Shown here: piece after piece, positions 1-12,121 of the stretch
Position numbering within the stretch: position 1 is the stretch's first letter
How the letters are laid out: every line of letters starts with the position of its first letter
Assembly (NCBI RefSeq): GCF_032444005.1
Contig: NC_091289.1
Span: 205,034,001-205,098,000 of the forward strand
From: Ranitomeya imitator
Taxonomy: Eukaryota
Direction of reading: 5' to 3'
Length of the DNA: 64,000 nt
The notes under the pieces: model-generated
Told to the model about the DNA's origin: nothing
Database searches by the model: none
Seen by the model: only the letters and a program-made list of their open reading frames with translations
Program-made: the position numbers and the translations under genes

Positions 1-287
1 GGTACATGCATACCCCAGCAAGAGTGTCCTTCTTCTGCTGGGCGTACCAAGCTTCTCCTTTCGCAGTCATGGTTGCCAAATAAAAGATAGGATAGAAAAA
101 CGAAGAGAAAGGGAAGGGTTAATTACCAGTACACACAATTGTCTCAGGACTAATAAACATTGAGTTCGTTCTTCAAACCTATCTGCGCAGAGTCCTCGCA
201 AGAACTTTGCAAGTTTTTAGTGAGAGGAATGATCGCTCAAACCAAATCACTAATGCTCTAAGATCCCCCACCGCCTTGCCACGAATA
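1..287 (-). mobile_element. 5' internal region (gag start, leader, PBS) of a Gmr1-like Gypsy element running off the left edge
   Basis: Similar to 15690-15917. 263-284 (atcccccaccgccttgccacga) resembles the 3' end of tRNA-Leu (ATCCCACCGCTGCCACCA), i.e. a minus-strand PBS next to the LTR. Confidence 0.75.
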
Positions 288-1709
288 TGTCACGATTCAC
301 ACCGTGACCATCACCCCTACGTCACGGATCGGGGTGACCTTTAGGCCAACAGACGGCTATCACATGTGCAGGGGGGCTTATCTTAGGTATCCCTCCACTC
401 CACAATGTGATTAAAAAAACACACACAAAGCTATTGACCTCTTGTATTACAGCAGGGGCTTATTTTAGGTATCCCACTGCTCTTCAATATACTACGAACT
501 GCAGGGATTTATGTATATCCCACTTACAGCTCCACTTGAAACTTGCAGCTCTCTGGCGCCCCCCTTACTCTCAGGTCAGACTAGGTACTGCACCTGGGGT
601 AATTAGTCGCCAGAAAAGCTGCCTGCTATGTGCTGGCTATTGGGCACGCTGCAACGAGGCAATTTAACTACTCCCTCTCATTCAGGAACAACAATTATCA
701 ACGCCGCAGTCGCTACAACGACTCCCAAAGGCCCAGCACAAAGGAAAGCTGCCACCAGCTTCGATTAAACGGGTCCGAAGCTAACCCAAAACAGTAACGT
801 AATTCCCTTCAGAAGACTTAGGGTACGTTTTAGAGCAGGAAGAACAAAAACTAGTAATTTATATATTTTACTCCGTTAAAATTAAGGCAATGTTTATAAA
901 AAGATGTTACAATATGAGACAATTGAAATATGTACAAGGTAAATTATAAAATAAACAGGGATTAAATAAGAAAAGGTACAACTCACATGTTCTCAGTTCA
1001 TATCAGGCAAAACCATGCTGGTGGGCGGAGCTCCCCAAATGTCCCAATGCATGAGGAGGTCTGGATAGAAGCAGCTCCTTCAGTAAATCTCTGCTGACTC
1101 TCCAGCTGGGTAAAGTGAAGTCACTTAAATAACCACAGCCCTGTGACATCACTAACATGGTGGGTTTCCTCAGACCCTCCTACCTCTTCAAACATACCAA
1201 ATTTAACAAAAAGGTTTATAATGCTCGTATCTCCGCTCCAGAGCATGCCAGAATCCCAGCACACCCCTCATTCAGCTCATTTTAAAATCGGCTTTCTAAT
1301 GAAACCAAATTTGGGCTTGTGGGGACATGCAGTTTCAGAGAAATCTGTATTTTGTTACCTGGTGGAATTAGGAGCTAGTGCTTATAGGGGCTGATAGATC
1401 TGCCGAAGGAGGTTAGCAATATGTAGTTTTTATTTTCCTATCCTAAATCGTTGGCCCAATATCTTGCTATAACAGAACAAAGAGCCGCATGGCTTTGAGA
1501 AAGCTGTCAGACCGGCACTAGCTGGAGAGAGAATTGTGCTGCTACAAGCGCACTAGACCTTCCTGGCTTGGGGGGAGAGGGCAGAGTGTGGAGAAGGAAA
1601 GCTTCACTCACACATTCCAGCAACACACAAAGAAGAGAAGGGGGGTCAACGCCCACCCTATATGTGCTGGCAAAAGAAATTAAAACTTCTATTATACATT
1701 TTCCTCACA
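288..1709 (-). mobile_element. LTR of Gmr1-like family (5' LTR)
   Basis: TGTCA...TCACA termini; shares the core (cccacttccc/gcagctctctggcgcc/gcacctaggataattag/ctagtaattt) with LTRs at 5084, 15918, 42899, 43783 and 62702. Right end is approximate. Confidence 0.7.
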
Positions 1710-3051
1710 GTGCCCTAGAAAACAGTGCCCATATTTTGCCTCCTAGAAAGTAATAATGCCCTGTGTGTGCCCCATTAATAGTCACAGTAATCTGAGTTCC
1801 CCTATAACAATAAGTGCCCACATTACATTTAATAAAGTCCTGAGTCTCCCCCCGAACAGCGCCCCTATACACAGTATGATGCTCTCTTATACATACCATG
1901 ATGACTCCTCACTGTAATGCACCCACACACAGTATGCTGACCCCTTAGTAGCCTCAAAACTGTATGATGGCCCCTTCTCTGTAATCCCCACACTGTACGA
2001 TGGCCTCCTCACTGTAATCCCCACACTGTACGATGGCCCACTAGATGGCCTCCATATATTATAATGCACCAGATTGTCCTAAATATAGTATAATGCACTC
2101 CTCATAGGCAGACTCTATAGCACAAGGCAGTACCCCAAATACAAACCCTGTAGTATAAGGCAGCACCCCATAGGCAGACTCTGTAGTATAAGACAACACC
2201 CCATAGACAGACCCTGTAATAAAAGAGATCGACCAATAGACCGACCCTGTAATATAAGGCAACACCCCCTAGGCAGATCCTGCAGTATAAGGCAGTACCA
2301 CCATAGGCAGACCCTGTAGTATAAGGCAGCACCCCATAGGCAGACCCTGTGGTATAAGGCAGCACCCCCATAGGCAGACCCTGTGGTATAAGGCAGCACC
2401 CCCCTAGGCAGATCCTGTGGTATAAGGCAGCACCCCCATAGGCAGACCCTGTAGTATAAGGCAGCACCCCATAGGCAGACCCTGTGGTATAAGGCAGCAC
2501 CCCCGTGGGCAAATCCTGTAGTATAATATATAATAATAATAATAGTGTAAGGCAGCACCCCCATAGGCAGATCTTGTAGAATAAGGCAGCTCCCCCATAG
2601 GCAGACCTTGTAGTATAAGGCAGCCCCCATAAAAAAAAACAATAAATACTCACCTCTCTTCTGCTCCGAGCTCCCGCTCATCTCCTGACAGCGATCCCCG
2701 GGTGGTGACGTCACCGCGCCCACTGTCAGTGTCGGCATTGGTGACATCAGTTGCTGACAGGGGGATGAAGGGAGAAGGAGCACGCAGATGCCGATACAGC
2801 TGACTTTGCGGTGACATGGGCAGAGGCCCACTGCTGGCACCTCCCCACCTGCTCAGAGGCCCCATAGTGGCCCCATAGTGGCCGGGCGGCAGAGCGGGGA
2901 GACCGATTCTCCCTGCTCTGCCATAGAATGTAACTGTATCGGTGCGCTGCATGCACCGATACAGTTACAGTAGCGTGGCTGGGGTTGGGTCCCCTCTGAG
3001 CTCTGGGCCTGGGGCGCTCGCACCCTCTGCCCCCCGGTAGCTTTGCTACTG
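1710..3051. mobile_element. Non-autonomous DNA transposon remnant (hAT-like) carrying a minisatellite
   Basis: Ends in gtagctttgctactg; contains a 16-bp-stem hairpin (gtaactgtatcggtgc...gcaccgatacagttac, ~2930-2968); left part truncated by the LTR. Confidence 0.45.
2130..2630. repeat. 33-bp minisatellite (ccccataggcagaccctgtagtataaggcagca)n
   Basis: Tandem copies visible directly; source of the repetitive LPYTTGSAYGV ORFs. Confidence 0.9.
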
Positions 3052-3155
3052 CATGTGACAGTTTATGGAGGAGTGTTCACTATGGAGAACCTAAGGATCC
3101 AATAGAGGAATACCTTATGCGTTAATAATAATTTTATTTATATACTGCTGTAACA

Positions 3156-3272
3156 GGCCAAAAGAATATACCCCGTCCCAGACTATGCCCGGGATTAAAG
3201 TGGCCTAGGCCAAAGTACACCCCGGGTATACTCTAGCCTAGGCTAAACTATACCCCTCCAAGCCCAAATATT
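3156..3272 (+). repeat. Palindrome-rich repeat, left member of an inverted pair with 4907-5083
   Basis: ccagactatgcccgggattaaagtggcctaggccaaagtacaccccggg aligns with the reverse complement of ~4990-5038. Confidence 0.75.
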
Positions 3273-3399
3273 GGTGTGTTTTTCCTGCTCACCCATCCAA
3301 ATCACATAATAGTTGTCCCGTGTATTGGGACCTTTAGGGCAGGGACACACGGCGACTTTGTATGCGATTGTTGCATGCAACTTTTTATCCGTTGCCTTA

Positions 3400-4019
3400 A
3401 GCCTAAGTCACACTAAACGACTTACCAACGATCACAAGCAGCGATACCACCTGGCCGTGATCGTTGGTAAGTCGTTGTGTGGTCGCTGGGGAGCTGTCAC
3501 ACAGACAGCTCTCTCCAGCGACCAACGATGCCGAAGTCCCCCTGCAGCACCCGGGTAACCAGGGTAAACATCGGGTTACTAAGTGCAGGGCCGCGCTTAG
3601 TAACCCGATATTTACCCTGGTTACTATTGTCACCGCTGTGCTCTGCTTTACGGCAGGCGCTGACACAGTCAGTGCAGGGGAGCTCTCGGCCGGAGCGCGT
3701 GCATTAGCAGCGCTCCTGCCGAAAGCAGTTTTAACCCTGTGGACGCGGCCCTGCGCTTAGTAACCGGATATTTACTCTGGTTACAAGTGAACACATCGCT
3801 GGATCAGTGTCACACACGCTGATCCAGCAATGACAGCGGGTGATCAGCGACCAAAAAATGGTCCTGATCATTCCCCAATGACCAACGATCTCCCAGCAGG
3901 GGCCTGATCGTTGGTCGCTGTCACACATAACGAGATCGTTAGCGGGATCGTTGCTACATCACCAAAAGCGCGACGTTGCAACAATATCGTTAACGATATC
4001 GTTATGTGTGACTCAGCCT
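3400..4019. mobile_element. PIF/Harbinger-type MITE
   Basis: Imperfect TIRs agcctaagtcacac / gtgtgactcagcct; TTA on both sides; internal palindromes shared with 25309-26026. Confidence 0.85.
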
Positions 4020-4053
4020 TTAGACTAGCAAGTCCTTGCTACTATATAAACGT

Positions 4054-4904
4054 TTATAGGCAAACACTGATAACATTAAAATGATCATTAATAAAGGGGA
4101 TGGGAGAACTACAATACCCAGATAGATTAGCGAAATTAGGATTATTTAGTCTAGAAAAAAGACGACTGAGGGGCGATCTAATAACCATGTATAAGTATAT
4201 AAGGGGACAATACAAATATCTCGCTGAGGATCTGTTTATACCAAGGAAGGTGACGGGCACAAGGGGGCATTCTTTGCGTCTGGAGGAGAGAAGGTTTTTC
4301 CACCAACATAGAAGAGGATTCTTTACTGTTAGGGCAGTGAGAATCTGGAATTGCTTGCCTGAGGAGGTGGTGATGGCGAACTCAGTCGAGGGGTTCAAGA
4401 GAGGCCTGGATGTCTTCCTGGAGCAGAACAATATTGTATCATACAATTATTAGGTTCTGTAGAAGGACGTAGATCTGGGGATTTATTATGATGGAATATA
4501 GGCTGAACTGGATGGACACATGTCTTTTTTCGGCTTTACTAACTATGTTACTATGTTACTATGTTACTATGCTTACTTTCAAGAAAAAGTGCATCTTCTC
4601 TTGTTGACTGCAGATTGAAGCTTGCAGGATATGTCAACCAATCCAATCCATGGAGTCACCGACTTTTGTAGGGATGACAATGTCGTAATTCAACAGATTC
4701 GCTGTGGCCATAATCTCTGCATCAGTTGCCCAAACTGCATTATGAGAGATGTCAGAGGTGTTCACAAATTCGTTCACATTTTGATTAGAATTTATGTCTG
4801 AGAAGAGAGTAGTTGCCCTCTGCTCCTGTCAGGATGCAGCTGATGGCCCAGAAGTAGCAGTTCCCATCACCTTTGGTTTTATATGTACACCATGGTTGTC
4901 CAAG
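4054..4904 (-). pseudogene. Decayed OTU-like cysteine protease (deubiquitinase-type) domain, split by a CR1 insertion
   Basis: Minus-strand translation across frameshifts: KTKGDGNCYFWAISCILTG / VWATDAEIMATANLLNYDIVI / REDALFLESK, then across the CR1: NDHFNVISVCL*. OTU Cys box, W-x-T-x-x-E-I motif and His box are in the correct order. Confidence 0.75.
4087..4571 (+). mobile_element. CR1 LINE 3' fragment
   Basis: Near-identical to the 3' end of the CR1 at 12019-14831; ends in a (ctatgtta)n tail. Confidence 0.95.
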
Positions 4905-4906
4905 GT

Positions 4907-5083
4907 GGGTATATTCTGGCCTGGAGGGGTATAATGTGGCATAGGCCAGAATATCCCCAGGGCTATACTTTGTCCTAGGCCAGAAAATGCCCGGAGTATA
5001 CTCTGGTCTAGGCCACTTGAACCCCAGGCATAGTCTGGCCCAGGCTACTTTACACCCCCAGGAGTGTATTCTGGCTTGGAGGG
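4907..5083 (-). repeat. Palindrome-rich repeat (~33-bp subunits), right member of the inverted pair; cut by an LTR
   Basis: Reverse-complement similarity to 3156-3272, with an extra subunit. Confidence 0.75.
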
Positions 5084-6347
5084 TGTCACGGTTCACAGGG
5101 AGGATACCTTTATCATCCCCCACACCAATTTGTCACAAACCGGGGTTGTTTGGTTCTTTCTGAAGGGGATTTATCTATATCCCACTTCCCAGTTCCGGTT
5201 TGGAACTTGAAGCTCTTTGGTGCCCCCTTACCCTCAGGTTAGTCCGAGTACTGCACCTAGGATAATAAGTTGCCAGAATGGCTGCCTGCTATGTACTGGC
5301 TATTGAGCACACTGCAGCGAGGGCGATATAACTACTCCCACTCAGGTGGGAACAATAATTATCAATGCCACCGGTTGCTACAAAGCCTCCCAGTTGCACA
5401 GGACAAATTCTGCTGCCACCAACTCCTATTCCTTAATTATTAACGGGTCCGGAGTCAACCCAGATTAGTAGCTTAATTCACTTCAGAGGACGTGACCATA
5501 CGTTATAGAGCAAGGAGACAAGTTAGTAATTTTAGATTTTACTCCAAGAAAAGGTAGGCAGTGTTTATAGAGGTAATAAAAGATATTATAAAGAAGACAA
5601 ATATCATATGTACAATGCAATTACAAATAAAATGGGATTAAAATTGAAAAACACTTACATTTCGTTATGTCATATCATCTGATGGCTGACCGTGTGCTGT
5701 GGAGGAGGGGTCACATCTAGATGCATAGCACGCATCTGTATAGCAGCTAGACCCCGGACAAAGACACATGAAGGCTCCTGCTTCACTCAGTTATTTCTTA
5801 GCCTAAAACCAAAGCCCTCCCCCTGTAGTGACCTCACTTAGAGGTTGTATACTCCCTTGTCTTAGCATTATGAAAAATCATCATCCCACATATCTTGACG
5901 TAGGAACTTCGCAGAAAGACGTGTCGACACCTGTGTTGTTATGCTCAGCGTGTCATAGGGATTCGTTCAAGTATAGATATGGGGTAGCTGGGTCACCCAG
6001 TTCCATAGTAATCCGTTTCTTAATTGTGCTGGTTCTGGAACCTAGAAAACTCACTGGCTGATAGTTCTACCGAAGCCCATGTCAAATATGTATTTGTCCC
6101 ACTTCTATCATTAATCGGTGCTATGATACTTACATTTGCAAAGACAAAGCAACCTGTTTTTTCCCATGTGCTTCTACTTGTACTTTCACTTTGAAGCCAT
6201 ATAAATTCTTGAAGTAGGGGGGAAATGAGGGGTTTAGGGTTACACACACAGGCAGAGAAAAGAAGGGGGGGTCTGTTCTCTGCTCTTGAATGTAGCAGAG
6301 CTCGGTGTGCGTGATAATACATAATCAAATTCCTCATGTTCCTGACA
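5084..6347 (-). mobile_element. 3' LTR of Gmr1-like element 1
   Basis: TGTCA...TGACA termini; the adjacent 6348-6358 reads AAAAAGGGAGA on the minus strand (polypurine tract). Confidence 0.85.
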
Positions 6348-9300
6348 TCTCCCTTTTTGGACTACACTATGGAGATAAGACCTCTCGGTACTCATCCATG
6401 CGCATCTCGGCAGGTTTGCCCCGGTGCGACAATCCATCTGCCTTGCCTTGCTCTGGCCTCATGGAGTTCCCGCTTACCTGGTGCCCCAGGAAGGAGACCT
6501 CTATCATGCACTTTCCCGGCTTGATGGTGAATTTGTTTGAGCACCTCCTGAAGAAGCTGCAGGTGTTCGTCCCAGGAAGAACTAAAGATGGCAATGTCAT
6601 CCAAGTATGCCACCACGTACTTATCCAGTCCCTGAAGCAGGTGGTTAACCATCCGCTGGAAAGTGGCAGGGGCATTCTTCATGCTGAAGGGCATGACCGT
6701 GAATTCGTACAGTCCGAAGGTTATGATAAAGGCATACTTCTCCTGCGTCTCGGGGCTCAGGTGAATCTGCCAGCATCCTCAACTCAGATCCAATATGGTC
6801 AGATATTCTGCGCCAGCTAACTGCTCAAGCAGCTCCTCAATGCGTGGCATTGGGTGCACCTCAGAGCCTGTGATGGCATTGAGCCCCCTGTAGTCCATGC
6901 AGAACCGGGTGGTCTGACCTCTCTTTGGCACAAGAACTACAGGTGAGGCCCATGCGCTCTTTGACCGTTGAATCACCCCCAGCTGTAACATCTCATCGAT
7001 CTCCTGGCCATTACCTGCTGTACCTTGTCGGAGATCCGATAGGGTGTTTGTCATATTAGGGCATGATTCCCAGTGTCCACCGTGTGGACCGCTAACTCAG
7101 TGCTTCCAGGTCGGTTGGACAACATGGCCTGGAAGGGTTACAGCGTTGGCTTGCAACTGCGACCGCTGGGGTTCATTTAACAAGGCGCTTACCCCCATGT
7201 CCTCGATGGACCCACCTGCCTTGGCTTGGGCTGGCATGTCCAGGAGGGAGTCTTCCTCCTCATCTTCAGGCAGGTTGCAGACCAGTACGACGTAGGCTTC
7301 ACATTCGTGATGAGCCTTCATCATATTGACGTAAAAGGCCTTTTGCCTACCCCGAGCATGGTCAAGCGTGACCACATAGGTGACTTGGTTGAGCTGTTGG
7401 TGGACGACTTACAGGCCTTCCCAGGCTGCCTGAAGCTTATCCTTTGGTACAGAGACCAGCACCCACACCTTTTGACCCACCTGGTAGGTCCGCTCCCTGG
7501 TGTTCTGGTCGTACCAGTTCTTCTGATCAATATGAAAAATAGTCCCAAAGTCATTTTAAACTAATGATAGTATCATGCATCCAGTGGCATGTATATGCTA
7601 AATAGCATATTAATAGCAGACAAGAAACGACTTAAAATATATAAGATACAACAGGAGAACAATGAGTCAGAGAAATATGCCAGTATAAACAAATGTGAAA
7701 AAGCTTTATTAATGTGAAAATAAAACAAACAAAGAAACAGAACTGTTTATACAAAGTGTCAAACAGTTCTAATGAGCAACCAATACAATGTATAGCCGTA
7801 CAAACAACAGGTGTGAAGCAAGATTCCAATTAAAACAATGAACGGTTCGCCAAGCCTAATTGTCTACACAGGGTAGAAGTATACTATGTCAAATAACATC
7901 TATCACAGCGGTACTAGGAATGATATATACAGGGGATATCATATAATACATACATAGACCAAACTACATCGTATATCCATAAGTATGGGCAAAGAGTATA
8001 ACGGGGATGTTTATGAAGAGGAGTAATGCTTATAATGATCCCAAAGCAGCACAAATAATGTGTCCTCCATAACTCCAATAGATCAAAAATCACACCCACA
8101 CGTATGAAACCCCCAAAGCACAGAAGAGTCAGTCTAAGAACAATGACATATATCCCCCAAATAGACCGCAGTAACAGAGAGGTGACGGTAAATAGTTACC
8201 CATGTGAGCAAAGGCAGGCAGAGCCGGTCCAAGGTCCCCAACGCACGTTTCGGTGCGGGTACACCTTCCTCAGTTCTTCTGATCAGCCTGAGCCTGCGTC
8301 ATGTTGTCATGCACTAACTGCGTCAAGGTATGCATTTTGTCACGGAAGCACATGACATACTCCACTATGGACACTTCAGAAACGTTCAGCTCCTCTTCCC
8401 AGGATTCCCTTATCAACCCAAGGGGTCCCCGGAATCGCCTGCCGTACAGGAGCTCGAAGGGGGAGAACCCCTTCGAGGCCTGCGGAACCTCTCAGTAAGC
8501 GAATAGCAGATGTGGGAGGTACCACTCCCAGTCACATTCTAGGGTCTCAACCAGCATGCGTAGCATCTGTTTGAGGGTACCATTGAAGTGCTCATACAAG
8601 CCATTGGTCTGTGAGTGATACGCACTCGATACCAGGTGCTTCACCTGCATTCTCTTACAGAGAGCCTCCATTAGGCGAGAAATGAATAGGGTCCCTTGAT
8701 CGGTAAGCATCTCCCTGGGAAATCCTACACGTGAATAGATGGCCAACAGTGCATCTTATCTGCCCTAGTTGAGGACAGAGCCACTGCCTCTGGGTACCGG
8801 GTAGCATAGTCTACCACAGTGAGGACATATTGCTTTCCAGAGCTGCTGGGGACGGCCAGCGGGCCCACAATGTCCACCGCAATCCACTTGAAAGGCTCAT
8901 CTATTACTGGCAAAGGGTTCAGGGGAGCCTTAAGAGCAGGCCCCACCTTCCCCACTTATGGACAGGTGATACAGCAGCGGCAGTAGTCCCCATCTGGAGC
9001 CAATAGAAGTATTGAGACAGCCGGGCCTTAGTTTTGTTGATCCCCAAGTGTCTAGCGAGCAGCATCTCATGGGCAATCCATAACAACTCACCCCTGAATT
9101 GATGCGGGACGACCACCTGTCTTTTCCCTCAACCACTCCTTTTGGCATTTTCCAGGTACTGTCTCCCGGTACAACCTACCTCGTTCCCAGAACACCCTCT
9201 TTTTATCAGTCATGGAGGTGGACGTCTCGGCGAGGTGTCTCAAATTCTCCAGGCTCTCATCTCAGTGCAGAGCAGCCTGGAACTCCTGGCTAGGGGCAGC

Positions 9301-10474
9301 CAGAAGCAACATCAGGGTCCCTTCCCCACGGGAACCCTCTGGGACCTGCTCCGGGTCCATCTCTTGTTCAGTCACGCCTGCGACTGAGGAGGGTCCAGAG
9401 GGCAGAACGTTATCTGCGTTCCGGGCACTCTGACTGTGGGTGACAGCAGCTACGTAGGCTGTCTCCCCGGGGATTTCCACAGACCCATCAGCTGGCGCTG
9501 CTATGGGCTCTACCTCCCTATCCACCCCCAACACTCCAGGAGAAGTGCTACTTATGGGGCAGTTACCTTCCTCTGTGGCACTGGTCAGTTGCACGGCATC
9601 ACTTTCCTCACGGTTATCATGCATCTCCCCATTTCCCTTCGCTTGCTCCTGTTAGGGGATCCTCAGCCATCCCACCCCACAGAGTGACATGGCTGAGCAC
9701 TCCTGCACCTGTGAACACATCATCCTTAGGAAATAAATGGTTAGCAGGTAAAACATGCACATTTTCATCATCAGAATTACCCTCGGCATTTTCAGAAAAA
9801 TTGTTATCAGGTACATCATTAATCGGTAAAGCATTGTCACGGAACACATGCAATTTCCCATCGCTATCATCAGCATTCTATTGGGGAGGGGAGTCAGGGA
9901 CATAATATGCAACCATGCGCCCCAAATCAGTCCCCAATTAAACATCAGTGGTCAAGTTATCGGACAGCCCCACTTCCTTCACCCTGCTCCCGGCACCCTA
10001 ATCTATATACACCAGGGCCTTTGGCAGGGGACAGCGGATGCCCCTGATCCTGGTGACAGTCAGGGTTTTCCCTGGAATAATGTGTTCAGGGGCTGCCAGT
10101 TCGGGTCAGATGAGAGTTCGTTCAGCCCCAGTGTCCTTGAGACCTTTAGCAACATGGCCCACCATGGTGATATGCTGCATGTTGTCATAGACCCACCCAC
10201 CAAAAGAACTGCTGCATTAGGCCCTGGGGCCTTGGCTGGGGGGGTTATTCTGCTTCTCCGGACAGTTGACGCTGATTTGACCAGTCCGTTTGCAGGAAAA
10301 ACACTGGCGAAGGTCGGTGGTAGGTCTGATGCGGTTGGCAACGGAGAACAGGGCCTCCAGTGAGTCGGCTGGCAGGGGTTCTGGGGTTGGTTGCAGGCTT
10401 ACCCCCCCTCCAGCTGGTGGTGACTGGCTTCCGCACAACCGATTTATGGTTGGTTTCATAAGCTTCGGCAATCT
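6348..10474 (-). pseudogene. pol: Gmr1-like element 1 internal region: gag zinc knuckle, protease region, integrase, then RT (decayed; RNase H deleted)
   Basis: CFSCKRTGQISVNC (~10250-10320); integrase IAVDIVGPL...VDYATRYPEA and TDQG...QTNGL (8490-8955); RT WASPVVLVPK, NAPATFQR, YLDD (6390-7050). INT precedes RT. Confidence 0.9.
7530..8270 (-). mobile_element. Penelope-like pseudo-LTR insertion with hammerhead core
   Basis: Flanked by a 15-bp direct repeat cagttcttctgatca (7515-7529, 8271-8285); minus-strand CTGAGGA-aGGTGtacccgCACC-GAAAC at 8241-8273. Confidence 0.7.
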
Positions 10475-10969
10475 ACATAGTAACATAGTAACATAGTTAG
10501 TAAGGCCGAAAAAAGACATGTGTCCATCCAGTTCAGCCTATATTCCATCAAAATAAATCCCCAGATCTACGTCCTTCTACAGAACCTAATAATTGTATGA
10601 TACAATATTGTTCTGCTCCAGGAAGACATCCAGGCCTCTCTTGAACCCCTCGACTGAGTTCGCCATCACCACCTCCTCAGGCAAGCAATTCCAGATTCTC
10701 ACTGCCCTAACAGTAAAGAATCCTATGTATAAATCCTAAGGATTTATGTAAGGGTCGTCTGGGGCGGTACAGAAATTAATAGTCTTCCTGGAGCAGAACA
10801 ATATTGTATCATACAATTAGGTTCTGTAGAAGGACGTAGATCTGGGGATTTATTATGATGGAATATAGGCTGAACTGGATGGACAAATGTCTTTTTTCGG
10901 CCTTACTAACTATGTTACTATGTTACTATGTTCTCTCCTCCAGACGCAAAGAATGCCCCCTTGTGCCCG

Positions 10970-12019
10970 TCACCTTCCTTGGGTTAGGGTAAACAGATCC
11001 TCAGCGAGATATTTGTATTGTCCCCTTATATACTTATACATGGTTATTAGATCGCCCCTCAGTCGTCTTTTTTCTAGATTAAATAATCCTAATTTCGCTA
11101 ATCTATCTGGGTATTGTAGTTCTCCCATCCCCTTTATTAATTTTGTTGCCCTCCTTTGTACTCTCTCTAGTTCCATTATATCCTTCCTGAGCACCGGTGC
11201 CCAAAACTGGACACAGTACTCCATGTGCGGTCTAACTAGGGATTTGTACAGAGGCAGTATAATGCTCTCATCATGTGTATCCAGACCTTTTTTAATGCAC
11301 CCCATGATCCTGTTTGCCTTGGCAGCTGCTGCCTGGCACTGGCTGCTCCAGGTAAGTTTATCATTAACTAGGATCCCCAAGTCCTTCTCCCTGTCAGATT
11401 TACCCAGTGGTTTCCCGTTCAGTGTGTAATGGTGATATTGATTCCTTCTTCCCATGTGTATAACCTTACATTTATCATTGTTAAACCTCATCTGCCACCT
11501 TTCAGCCCAAGTTTCCAACTTATCCAGATCCATCTGTAGCAGAATACTATCTTCTCTTGTATTAACTGCTTTACATAGTTTTGTATCATCTGCAAATATC
11601 GATATTTTACTGTGTAAACCTTCTACCAGATCATTAATGAATATGTTGAAGAGAACAGGTCCCAATACCGACCCCTGCGGTACCCCACTGGTCACAGCGA
11701 CCCAGTTAGAGACTATACCATTTATAACCACCCTCTGCTTTCTATCACTAAGCCAGTTACTAACCCATTTACACACATTTTCCCCCAGACCAAGCATTCT
11801 CATTTTGTGTACCAACCTCTTGTGCGGCACGGTATCAAACGCTTTGGAAAAATCGAGATATACCACGTCCAATGACTCACCGTGGTCCAGTCTATAGCTT
11901 ACCTCTTCATAAAAACTGATTAGATTGGTTTGACAGGAGCGATTTCTCATAAACCCATGCTGATATGGAGTTAAACAGTTATTCTCATTGAGATAATCCA
12001 GAATAACATCCCTCAGAAA
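10970..12019 (-). pseudogene. Duplicated CR1 RT segment
   Basis: Translation nearly identical to the RT half of 12122-14824. Confidence 0.9.
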
Positions 12020-12121
12020 CATAGTAACATAGTTAGTAAGGCCGAAAAAAGACATTTGTCCATCCAGTTCAGCCTATATTCCATCATAATAAATACCCAG
12101 ATCTACGTCCTTCTACAGAAC

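Noticed and set aside
2059-2840. Repetitive LPYTTGSAYG ORFs
   Set aside because: Translation of the 33-bp minisatellite.
3334-3399. Possible extra Harbinger end (tta-gggcagggacacac)
   Set aside because: No partner TIR found; too short to call.
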